A DNA stretch of 64,000 nt from Chitinophagaceae bacterium (GTDB taxonomy: Bacteria; Bacteroidota; Bacteroidia; Chitinophagales; UBA10324). The position numbers were made by a program, and so were the translations under genes. Shown one piece after another: positions 38,301-46,513 of this stretch. The notes under the pieces are model-generated. The model saw nothing but the letters and a program-made list of their open reading frames with translations. It searched no databases and had not been told where the DNA came from. Position 1 is the first letter of the stretch. Every line of letters starts with the position of its first letter. Where the stretch lies: contig CANIPU010000005.1 of NCBI GenBank assembly GCA_947469485.1, positions 98,199-162,198 on the forward strand. The letters are read 5' to 3'.

Positions 38301-38488
38301 GTTTGAAGCTTGAAATGATTAATTATTTCATCAAAGCGCTTAAGTGCAGCACCGTATTTATCTTGTTCAAACAGTTCTACTCCTTTTTTGTAATCCGCAG
38401 CAGGGTCGTTGTAATAAGCTGTTTTTTGAGCAAAGGATTTGGCTGACAATAGCAAGCACAAACCCATAATTAAATTTCTTTTCAGCAT
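35378..38488 (-). CDS. Large periplasmic tetratricopeptide-repeat protein (BamD/CpoB-like TPR units)
   Basis: Signal peptide (SFA-Q); many TPRs with F..VI..FP.S....A motifs over 1036 aa. Confidence 0.9.
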   Translation of the reverse strand: MLKRNLIMGLCLLLSAKSFAQKTAYYNDPAADYKKGVELFEQDKYGAALKRFDEIINHFKLQTDAPENLVMNAKYYRALSSKELIQPQAEQFFVQLLEEYGENPVTRLAYYHLGTIYYSNKKYDKALTYFKQVDVYDLNVSQTNEFRFQIGYSYFYKQKFTEALPYFEQVKTIQNKYYYPANYYYGYITYTQKKYDEALASFNLIKDSKLYSPIVPYYISQIEFLKGEYEEVLLYAVPLLERTDLKYTNEMRQLIGKSYFNTGEYSTALPFLKDYYNKTAQNLKSDVYQIAYCEYKTKKYDEAMVHFLALTGLKDSLGQNSLFLLADCYLKKNKKNDARNALLNASKLDFDKAVKEQAAYNYAQLSWELGFQDVASKVFQEFINDYPKSKFNADAKESLVSLLAGTNNYKGALEIIRGLDGLSPSIRKSYQRIAFNRAMQLNADKNFDEADKTLDESLKNPIDHSIEADCYFWKGEIASDNKNYKDAVTDYSKYIELQKNYGNGNSGASVLLAKYGLGYAFVKQANYLMAKNYFTQAKEELKNSPLSKSSLQKIANDLYMRSGDCNFVNKDYEAANKDFQYVIEAKSGNEDYALFQLAIIAGLQNRSADKIKQLQRINNEMPFSIYLDDALFETANTYFQQADYDNAILTFNRVINDFPNSSYQKKAHLKLGLIYFNTNHTENAVNEFKFVAVNFPNTQESKEAMNTAKQVFINTGDSKGYDDFLEEIPGAKITIATKDSVVYLAAEQNFSTGDYDKALQGFTDYLNTYPFGPFSTQAHYYRAECLSQNKDFEHALDDYTYVAEKTSGNYKERAILQSARICYTVTNNYSKAYEYYQLLSLSADYKENLSEALKGMMLSAWKSNDWKKTSDAAAKILANNSSPAADITEANYYSAKVAMINKDYQKAEELFTNVLSGNNSTTSAESLYSIALIYFNENKLAAAETQCYKVIEQKPSYNYWIAKSYLLLSDIFFTQNDLFNAKATLQSIIDNYKTEDDILPEANAKLLKVIEKENEQSKVMQDSVEHSFQMDTLELK

Positions 38489-38607
38489 GATTTTTTGGTG
38501 GAAGCGAATATCAGACTGAACGATTAGACCCTATGCTTTAGTATTCCACAGCAAAAAGATTGATTGTAGAGTTATGGACTTTACTTAATAATATAGTTCA
38601 AGCTAAA

Positions 38608-40878
38608 TCAGAAATTAATATTTATACCTGCGCTTGGAAGGAATGGCAATTGATTAACACGCTCGTATCGAACACGGTCAAAATAAAAAATGTTTTCGCG
38701 GTTGTAAGTATTTATAATACTGATGTTTGCTTCTAAACGGGCATTTGTTCCGAGTTTAAAAATTCTTTTTGCAGATAAATCTAAGCGATGATAATAGGGG
38801 AGGCGGCCGGAGTTTAATGTAGAATCATAGATAATTCCCAATTGGCCGTTTCCACTAGTGTAATTGGTGTTTATGCCATCCAGGAAATCATAGAATTCAT
38901 AGAAACCCTGAGTTTTGGTAAATGGAAAACCACTCCCTAAATTCCATCGCGCATCAATTTGCCATTGCTTGTTTTTTCCGAAATTATAACTGACTACAAC
39001 ATTGGCGTTGTGTCTTCGGTCATAATGCGGAGGATAAATTTGTTCGCCATTATTGCGCTTAACATAACCAAGTGAATAGCCTGTCCATACATACCAACCT
39101 TTGTATTCGTATTTCAATAAAAAGTCAATTCCATATGCTTTTCCTGTTTCAATTTGAAAATCAGGGTCAGTACTATATTGTTTGTTTCGGTTAAGGTTAA
39201 TTAACTGACCAAAATTTTTATAATAACTCTCAACAGTAATTTCAAGATTTTTATTAATGTCAGTTTCTATTCCTCCCACCAAGTGGGAAGCCCTCTGTAA
39301 ATTATTTATTGACACATCACCATTCAAATCACGCAATTCCTGATCTGGCCCCGTTAAAAATCCATTAAACAGGTTCACCACATCTTTATCAGACTTTGTG
39401 CTTATAAAATTTTGAGTGTAAATTCCTGCAGATCCTTTAAGGCGAATGCTTTCGCTTAAATTGAATTTAGCTGCAATTCTAGGTTCTGGTGAAAGCACAG
39501 GTAATGAAGCATAATATTGGAAACGAAGACTTGGTTCAATTACCAAGCGATTCAAAACCTCTTTCACTACAATGTATCCTCCAATTTCTGTAGTGTTTTG
39601 GTCCTGTCCGATTTTTAAACCAAGCGTATTAAAAAATTCAAACTCTGTTCGGTAACCCCCAACTGTAAAACCATACTTTACTTCGCTATTATGAGCAAGA
39701 AAATAAGTGAAGTATGTGTTTATATCGAAACCGCTAATTCGACTGGTGCGGGGTTGATCATCAGCTTCTTTTAAAGCAATATGATAATCTGAATATGAGA
39801 TGGAGCCACCAATTAACATGTTAGAACCACCAGGTACCAGCACAAAATTAGTTCCAATGCCAACATTGTTCCATTTGAAATCACTTACTCCATTATAATT
39901 TACATGGTCGTTAAAGTTGAATCCAAATACACTCAATTTACTTCCATTGCCTCCATTCATTGAAACTTTTGCATAATAATCGTTGAATGCAAACGGAAGG
40001 CCTGCAGTATCAATGTAAGAATAAAAGAGTTTTGAACTTTTATCTAAATAGGAGGAGCGGGCATTTAAAATCCAAGAGGAACTACCTCCATTGTTATCAA
40101 TTTTTTTAAAAGGCCCTTCAAAAATTGCTTTAGTAATAAATGGGCTGGTCGAAATTTTTCCGGCTAATCTTTTTTTGTTTCCATCGCGTGTAACAACATC
40201 AACAACGGCTGATAAACGACCTCCGTTTTCAGCATTGAAACCGCCTGTCATCACATTTGCATTCTTTATTATATCAGTTTCAAAGACAGAAAATAATCCA
40301 ATAGAATGGAATGGATTATAAATAGTCATGCCATCAAGCATTACTTTGTTTTGAATAGGAGAGCCGCCCCGAATATACAATTCACCACCTTGGTCACCAG
40401 TGAATATAACTCCAGGAATAACTTGTAAGTATTGAGCCAGGTCAGATTCACCTCCAACAGAAGGTAGTCGCTGAATATCTTTAGAAGTAAGTTTGGTTAA
40501 TGAAATACTTGTTTCAGTTTTCTTCTCTTCGCGCTTTGCAGTAACTTCAATATCATTCAATTGAAATGCTTTAGGTTCAAGAAATATTTTTTGGGTAATT
40601 AAATCGTTTGCTTTTACTGAAATTGAAATAGCGACCGTATCATATCCTACATTAGTGCAGCTTAAAATATAATTGCCTGCGGCCAAATTGCTGATTGAAA
40701 AGAATCCATTTAAATCGGTTGTAGCTCCAATATTTGTTCCACGCAATACCACATTTGTAAATATCATGGGCTCACCTGTTTTTTTATCAAAAACAGTTCC
40801 CCTAACATCCGCCTTTTGAGCAATAGCCAAAGTTGAAAAAGTCAATGAAAAAATTAAAACCAGATATTGTTTTATCAT
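38608..40878 (-). CDS. TonB-dependent receptor with N-terminal carboxypeptidase-regulatory-like domain
   Basis: RGTVFDKKTGEPM...GATTDLNGFF; plug LQVIPGV...LYIRGG...N.VMLDG; GGFNAENGGRLSAV; C-terminal F. Start probably ATG 40878 (ORF track 40902). Confidence 0.92.
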   Translation of the reverse strand: MIKQYLVLIFSLTFSTLAIAQKADVRGTVFDKKTGEPMIFTNVVLRGTNIGATTDLNGFFSISNLAAGNYILSCTNVGYDTVAISISVKANDLITQKIFLEPKAFQLNDIEVTAKREEKKTETSISLTKLTSKDIQRLPSVGGESDLAQYLQVIPGVIFTGDQGGELYIRGGSPIQNKVMLDGMTIYNPFHSIGLFSVFETDIIKNANVMTGGFNAENGGRLSAVVDVVTRDGNKKRLAGKISTSPFITKAIFEGPFKKIDNNGGSSSWILNARSSYLDKSSKLFYSYIDTAGLPFAFNDYYAKVSMNGGNGSKLSVFGFNFNDHVNYNGVSDFKWNNVGIGTNFVLVPGGSNMLIGGSISYSDYHIALKEADDQPRTSRISGFDINTYFTYFLAHNSEVKYGFTVGGYRTEFEFFNTLGLKIGQDQNTTEIGGYIVVKEVLNRLVIEPSLRFQYYASLPVLSPEPRIAAKFNLSESIRLKGSAGIYTQNFISTKSDKDVVNLFNGFLTGPDQELRDLNGDVSINNLQRASHLVGGIETDINKNLEITVESYYKNFGQLINLNRNKQYSTDPDFQIETGKAYGIDFLLKYEYKGWYVWTGYSLGYVKRNNGEQIYPPHYDRRHNANVVVSYNFGKNKQWQIDARWNLGSGFPFTKTQGFYEFYDFLDGINTNYTSGNGQLGIIYDSTLNSGRLPYYHRLDLSAKRIFKLGTNARLEANISIINTYNRENIFYFDRVRYERVNQLPFLPSAGININF

Positions 40879-40913
40879 TTTATTATACTGAGTTAGAAGC
40901 ATTAAAGCTTTAG

Positions 40914-41537
40914 TTAGTTAATTAATTCTGCAAAATCACCTAGTCCTTCCCTGATAACAACAGGTTCATTTCCGGTGCAATCTATTACTGTGCTTGGAAT
41001 ATTTCCGCATGAACCACAATCAATAACCATATCAACAAGTTTTCTGAATTTTTCTTCAATCAATTCCGGATCAGTCATATAATCAACCACTTCATTTGTA
41101 TCGTGTAAAGAAGTGCTTAGAATTGGATTTCCAAGTCGATGAACTAAGGCTTGTGCAACTGAATGATTCGGAACACGAATTCCAATTGTTTTCTTTTTCG
41201 TATCAAAAATTCTCGGGACCTGCTTGCTTGCTGGTAAAATGAATGTGAAAGGACCCGGCAAAGCTCGTTTCATTAATTTGTAGATTCTTGTATCAATTTG
41301 AGCAGCGTACTGGCTTAATTGACTTAAGTCATTACAAACAAATGAAAAATTCATTTGCTTTCTCTTCGTTTCTTTCATTGCCTTTACTCGTTCAGAGGCT
41401 TTGTGATTTTTAATGTCACAACCAATAGCATATACTGTATCCGTCGGGTAAATTATTACACCACCTTTCTGAAGGCATTCAACAGCCTGCATAAGTTTAT
41501 GTTCACTGATGTGATCGGGCAATATTTTAAGTAACAT
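40914..41537 (-). CDS. Sua5/YciO/YrdC family L-threonylcarbamoyladenylate synthase-like protein
   Basis: GGVIIYPTDTVYAIGC, LPGPFTFIL, TIGIRVP, PSTVID. Confidence 0.92.
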   Translation of the reverse strand: MLLKILPDHISEHKLMQAVECLQKGGVIIYPTDTVYAIGCDIKNHKASERVKAMKETKRKQMNFSFVCNDLSQLSQYAAQIDTRIYKLMKRALPGPFTFILPASKQVPRIFDTKKKTIGIRVPNHSVAQALVHRLGNPILSTSLHDTNEVVDYMTDPELIEEKFRKLVDMVIDCGSCGNIPSTVIDCTGNEPVVIREGLGDFAELIN

Positions 41538-41634
41538 TTTTTTAAAAACCGAACGGCGAAATTATCAACTCGTAATTAATGTGCAATAAAAGAATTTATA
41601 AATGGAAACAGGGTTTTCTTTTGTCATAAATTAA

Positions 41635-42810
41635 TCAAATTCCATCCGAATAAATCGCCTTCGCTCTTTCCCTCAGGTTATATTCCAGACTCATTACCTG
41701 GCCATATGCACCAGTAGTGCGCAATGCAATTAAATCACCGCGTTTTGATTCAGGGAGTAAGTATGATTTTGCAAAACAATCAGACGATTCGCAAATCGGA
41801 CCGGCAACATCATAGTTCGTTTCAACTTTATCTCTCTCAAAAGAAAGAAATTCGGCAGTTAGGTTTTCAATTTTATGATACGACTGATACAAAGCAGGAC
41901 GAATCAATTCTGTCATCCCTGCATCCAGAATAATGAAATTTGTTTTTTTTCCTTTTTTAATAAATAACACTTTTGAAATGAGCACTCCGCATTGTGCTAC
42001 AATAGAACGGCCTAATTCAAAATGGACCTGTTGGTGTTTTTTTATGTCTAGAAATTTATTAAATACTTCAAAGTACGATTTAAAATCGGGTACGGCATTT
42101 TTATCAGGTTCATGATAATTAACTCCTAATCCTCCGCCGACATTCAGGTGCGCAATGGAAATATTTCGTGTTTCAAACCAATGTTGAATTTCATTTACTC
42201 GGGTACACAACAAGCGGAATGGCTCCAGGTCGCATATTTGTGAACCAATGTGAAAATGCAATCCAATCAAATCAATGTTTGATGAATTTTTAATTTCATC
42301 CATTACAGATTCCAGTTCCCAGAAATTAATTCCGAATTTATTTTCTTCAAGTCCGGTTGTGATGTAATGATGTGTGTTTGCGTTCACATTAGGATTAATA
42401 CGCAATGCGATTCTTGCTTTTTTATTCAGTGAAGAAGCAAGGTCATTAATAACTTTTATTTCCTCAATACTTTCACAATTGAAACAAAAAATATCGGAAA
42501 CTAACGACTCGGTAATTTCTTTATCAGTTTTTCCGACTCCGGCAAACACAATTGATGATGGATTAAAATTATTTTTCAATGCTGCTTTTACTTCATTTCC
42601 ACTCACACAATCAGCCCCGAAACCTGCTTTACAAATAATTTTCAGTAGTTGTTCATTAGCATTTGCTTTCAATGCATAATGAATATGGAAATTGTATTTA
42701 TCAGCTTCAGCCTTAACAGCAGCAATGGTATTTTTAAGTAATTCCAGATCATAATAATAAAATGGAGTTTCAATGGTTTGTAGTTTTTCAATTAGGGATT
42801 TATTAAACAT
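41635..42810 (-). CDS. lysA: Diaminopimelate decarboxylase
   Basis: TPFYYYD, HYALKAN (PLP Lys), HFHIGSQ, NVGGGLG, GPICES, GAYG. Confidence 0.96.
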   Translation of the reverse strand: MFNKSLIEKLQTIETPFYYYDLELLKNTIAAVKAEADKYNFHIHYALKANANEQLLKIICKAGFGADCVSGNEVKAALKNNFNPSSIVFAGVGKTDKEITESLVSDIFCFNCESIEEIKVINDLASSLNKKARIALRINPNVNANTHHYITTGLEENKFGINFWELESVMDEIKNSSNIDLIGLHFHIGSQICDLEPFRLLCTRVNEIQHWFETRNISIAHLNVGGGLGVNYHEPDKNAVPDFKSYFEVFNKFLDIKKHQQVHFELGRSIVAQCGVLISKVLFIKKGKKTNFIILDAGMTELIRPALYQSYHKIENLTAEFLSFERDKVETNYDVAGPICESSDCFAKSYLLPESKRGDLIALRTTGAYGQVMSLEYNLRERAKAIYSDGI

Positions 42811-42819
42811 AAAATATTT

Positions 42820-44130
42820 TTAAAACAACCCTTTATTCAATGAAACTAACGCGTCTTTTTTCAAATCAGAATTCACCAGCAGTGAAATATTGTTTTCACT
42901 TCCTCCATAGGAAATCATGCGGATAGGAATATTTTTCAGCGAATCGAAAATGCGTGAAGCATACCCTTGTTTATCAGCTCCGAAAGTTCCTACAATGCAA
43001 ATGATGGTTTGATTTTTATCTACTTCAACCAATCCGAACTGCTGCAATTCGTTAATAATTTCGTCTAAATGTTTATTACTGTCAATGGTTAGCGATATCG
43101 CAACTTCTGAGGTTGAAATCATATCAATGGGTGTTTTGTACCGCTCGAACACTTCGAACACTGCCCGTAAAAACCCATATGCCAAAAGCATTCGTGCCGA
43201 TTTTATTTTAATAGCGGTGAGATGGTCTTTTGCTGCAATTGCTGTTATTCTATCAGGCGCGGGTTTGTTGGAAATTATGGTGCCCGTGGCAGTTGGTTGC
43301 ATGGTATTTAGTAATCGCACCGGTATATTTTCTTTTTTGGCAGGAAGCACGCAAGTCGGATGTAAAATTTTAGCACCGAAGTAAGCAAGTTCAGCCGCTT
43401 CATCAAACGACAATTCAGTAACCGCGAAAGTTTTTTCTACTATCCGTGGATCGTTGTTGTGGAGTCCGTCTATATCAGTCCATATCTGAACTTCAGTGGC
43501 ATTAGTAGCAGCACCAATTAATGTAGCGGTGTAATCACTGCCACCGCGTTTCAGGTTATCAATTTCACCAAACGAATTTCTGCAGATATAACCCTGCGTG
43601 ATAAATAATTTTTCTTCAGAAAATGACTCCATTGATTTCGAAATCATTTTTTTTATAAAGTGTACATCCGGTTCTTCGGCATCATCTATCCGCATAAAAT
43701 CAAGAGCAGATAACAACACTGAAGAGATGTTTTGCTCAGCAAGATATATATTAAGCAAAGCGGTTGATAGTAATTCCCCTTGAGCAAGAATTGCTTTCTC
43801 TTCATTCACGGTAAATAAATCGAGTGTAAATGATTTAATAAAATTCAAATGATCATTTAATAATGAATTTGCATTTTCCAGCGATTCTTTTTTTGAAAAC
43901 AATTCAGCAATTGCATTTTTATAGCGAAGTTCGAATTCTGTAATTTGTTGTTTCAGTTTTACTAAATCTTTCGCGTACAATGATGCTGAAATTTCAACGA
44001 GCAAATTTGTAGTGCCGCTCATTGCTGAGAGTACAACAATTTTCCGTTCATCATTATTAATTAACGGAACCAGATTTTTAATTCGCTGCGCGGAACCAAC
44101 TGATGTTCCGCCGAATTTCATTATTACCAT
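42820..44130 (-). CDS. lysC: Aspartate kinase
   Basis: MKFGGTSVG, LSAMSGTT, RGGSDYTA, WTDIDG, EAAELAYFGAKILHP, C-terminal ACT domains. Confidence 0.95.
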   Translation of the reverse strand: MVIMKFGGTSVGSAQRIKNLVPLINNDERKIVVLSAMSGTTNLLVEISASLYAKDLVKLKQQITEFELRYKNAIAELFSKKESLENANSLLNDHLNFIKSFTLDLFTVNEEKAILAQGELLSTALLNIYLAEQNISSVLLSALDFMRIDDAEEPDVHFIKKMISKSMESFSEEKLFITQGYICRNSFGEIDNLKRGGSDYTATLIGAATNATEVQIWTDIDGLHNNDPRIVEKTFAVTELSFDEAAELAYFGAKILHPTCVLPAKKENIPVRLLNTMQPTATGTIISNKPAPDRITAIAAKDHLTAIKIKSARMLLAYGFLRAVFEVFERYKTPIDMISTSEVAISLTIDSNKHLDEIINELQQFGLVEVDKNQTIICIVGTFGADKQGYASRIFDSLKNIPIRMISYGGSENNISLLVNSDLKKDALVSLNKGLF

Positions 44131-44171
44131 ATTTCTTTTCTTTTAAATTATACCATAATTTTTATTGGTTA

Positions 44172-44179
44172 CAAATGTA
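44172..44179 (-). promoter_or_regulatory. Bacteroidota sigma-A -7 box TACATTTG for lysC-lysA
   Basis: Matches TAnnTTTG ~41 nt before the lysC ATG. Confidence 0.6.
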
Positions 44180-44280
44180 TTCATGAAAGAAGCATTGTAG
44201 AATTCAATATTTAAAACTTTAAATTGTTTTAATTGAAGTGGATTATATCATTCTTCATATTTAATTTTAATCTTTGATGA

Positions 44281-44903
44281 ATTATAAAGGTTCTTGAAAA
44301 ATTTCAACACTGGAAATTAAATAAGTCCAGAACTGAAGCTTTTAGCGATGGGGTATTTGCAATCATTATTACTTTGTTAATTCTTGAAATAAAAATTCCA
44401 CACATATAAGATAAAAAAGCAGTAGTGATTTACTCTGGGCGATAATTGATTTATTACCAAAGATAATTAGTTGGGCAGTTAGCTTTTTCTTTATAGCTGT
44501 ATTCTGGGTTCAGCACCATAACCTTTTCAGATTAGCCGATAAAATTGATTATGCCTTAGTCTGGATGAATAACCTGACTTTGTTTTTTGTGTGCTTTCTT
44601 CCTTTTCCAACGGCTATGATGGGTGAATATCCTGAAAACAGGGTTGCTTTATTAATGTTTGGCGCGGTTGCTTCTGCCGCTTCATTAATGCAAACCTGGA
44701 TGTATCATTATATTACAAAGTATTATTTGCTCGATAGGTATGATAAAGTTAAAGCTCGGAAAAATGTGAAACGATCTTTCATATTAGCTCCAATGATGTT
44801 GATTATTGCTACTGCAGCATCATTCGTTTATATTTTGCTACCCTATTTGATATATGCTCTTGTGCCTTTCTTTTTCTTACTACCTTTTGACAGGGAAGAT
44901 TAA
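44281..44903 (+). pseudogene. Disrupted TMEM175-family potassium channel gene
   Basis: Signature RTEAFSDGVFAIIITLLILEIKIP at ~44329-44400; in-frame TAA at 44407-44409; frame change in the A6 run 44413-44418 into the frame reading LLPKIISWAVSFFFIAVFWVQHHNLF...NNLTLFFVCFLPFPTA; no in-frame ATG for the first part. Confidence 0.85.
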
Positions 44904-45000
44904 TGAACAAAAAATTGTAGACAGCTTAGTTAAATTTAAGTAAGAAGTTATTTCTCTTTTATCTGATTGTTTATTCATTTTTGAGAATTCAAATTTTTTC

Positions 45001-46431
45001 ATGAAAGCAAGAATTACACGAACAAAAATAATAGCCACAATAGGACCTGCTTCATCATCCTATGAAATGTTAAAGAAACTTGCTGAAGCCGGAGTAAATA
45101 CTTTCAGATTAAATTTTTCGCATGGAACCCACGAATCTCACAAGCAGGTTATTAACTGGATAAAAAAAATAAGGGAAGAGCTTAAAACTCATATTGGAAT
45201 CCTGGCTGATTTGCAAGGGCCAAAAATCAGGATCGGGGAAGTTTCAGGCAAGTCGGTTGTTTTAACTGATGGAAAGGAAATAATTCTTTCGACCGTTAAA
45301 TCGGATTCTGATTCAAGAAGGATTTTTGTAAACTATAAAAAATTTGCATCTGATGTAAGTGCAGGTGATTCTGTTTTGATTGACGATGGGCAACTTGAAT
45401 TAAAAGTACTTACATCAAATAATGTTGATACGGTAAAATGTAAAATAATTCATGGCGGAGGATTAAAAAGTCGCAAAGGAGTTAATCTTCCGAATTCAGA
45501 AACCTCTCTTCCCTCTCTAACTGCAAAAGATTTAAAAGATTTAAATTTCATTCTAAAAGAAGGCGTTAATTGGGTTGCCCTGTCATTTGTTCGAAATTCA
45601 AAAGATATAATCCAGCTAAAAAAACTTATCGCCAAAAGCGGCAAGAACATTAAAGTAATAGCTAAAATAGAGAAGCCGCAGGCCGTAAATAATATTGATG
45701 ACATCATTCGCGTGAGCGATGCTGTAATGATTGCGCGTGGTGATTTAGGGGTTGAAATGCCTCAGCAGGATATTCCTATAACTCAAAAGCTTGTTATTGC
45801 AAAATGCATTAAAGAAGCAAAGCCGGTTATAATAGCTACTCAGATAATGCAAAGCATGGTTGAAAGCCCAAGGCCAACCAGAGCCGAAATAAATGATGTA
45901 GCAAACGGGATTTTTGATGGTGCTGATGCTTTGATGCTAAGTGCTGAAACGGCTACTGGAAAATTTCCGGTTTTAGTAATTGAAACGATCAAAGACATTG
46001 CATTAAATATTGAAAAACAAGAAAGTATTTTTAATAAAAAGCAAGTGGCCGATATGCATTCAAAAACCTATCTCTCCGATGCAATTTGCTATAATGCATG
46101 TAAAATTTCCGGCGATGTAAATGCCGCCGGTATTATTAGTATGACCAGGAGCGGATATACCGGATTTATGATTTCGAGCTACAGACCAAAGGCACGCATT
46201 CTGGTTTTCATGGAAGATAAAAACCTATTGGATACCTTGAGTATTGTTTGGGGTATAGAAACTTTTGGATACAAAAAATTTGCTTCGACTGATGAGACCA
46301 TTGAAGATGTAAAAAAAATTGTAAAGGGATTTGGAAGAGTTAAGAAAGGGGATATAGTAATTAATACAGCAGCAATGCCTGTTCATTGGAAAGGAACAAC
46401 TAATATGTTAAAGATTAGTTTAATTGATTAA
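45001..46431 (+). CDS. pyk: Pyruvate kinase
   Basis: RTKIIATIGPAS, RLNFSHG, DLQGPKIR, IAKIEK, MIARGDLGVE, MLSAETATG. Confidence 0.97.
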   Translation: MKARITRTKIIATIGPASSSYEMLKKLAEAGVNTFRLNFSHGTHESHKQVINWIKKIREELKTHIGILADLQGPKIRIGEVSGKSVVLTDGKEIILSTVKSDSDSRRIFVNYKKFASDVSAGDSVLIDDGQLELKVLTSNNVDTVKCKIIHGGGLKSRKGVNLPNSETSLPSLTAKDLKDLNFILKEGVNWVALSFVRNSKDIIQLKKLIAKSGKNIKVIAKIEKPQAVNNIDDIIRVSDAVMIARGDLGVEMPQQDIPITQKLVIAKCIKEAKPVIIATQIMQSMVESPRPTRAEINDVANGIFDGADALMLSAETATGKFPVLVIETIKDIALNIEKQESIFNKKQVADMHSKTYLSDAICYNACKISGDVNAAGIISMTRSGYTGFMISSYRPKARILVFMEDKNLLDTLSIVWGIETFGYKKFASTDETIEDVKKIVKGFGRVKKGDIVINTAAMPVHWKGTTNMLKISLID

Positions 46432-46513
46432 TGGTTTTATTTCCTGAGGTATTTATAAATAATGGATGTTGTTAAATTAAATTTATTCAAACAATTTTTT
46501 GGCGAATTATACA

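Noticed and set aside
41943-41958. A/T homopolymer runs in lysA and other genes as phase-variation sites
   Set aside because: Runs of 7-9 A/T are common in this AT-rich, Lys-rich genome and occur in housekeeping genes
41635-44130. Functional link between the lysine biosynthesis genes and the Lys-free adhesins
   Set aside because: About 9 kb from the locus, on the opposite strand, with a separate promoter; no sequence evidence of coupling
44131-44280. Possible lysine riboswitch upstream of lysC-lysA
   Set aside because: The -7 promoter box is only ~41 nt from the ATG and the region is unstructured AT-rich DNA, leaving no room for an L-box aptamer
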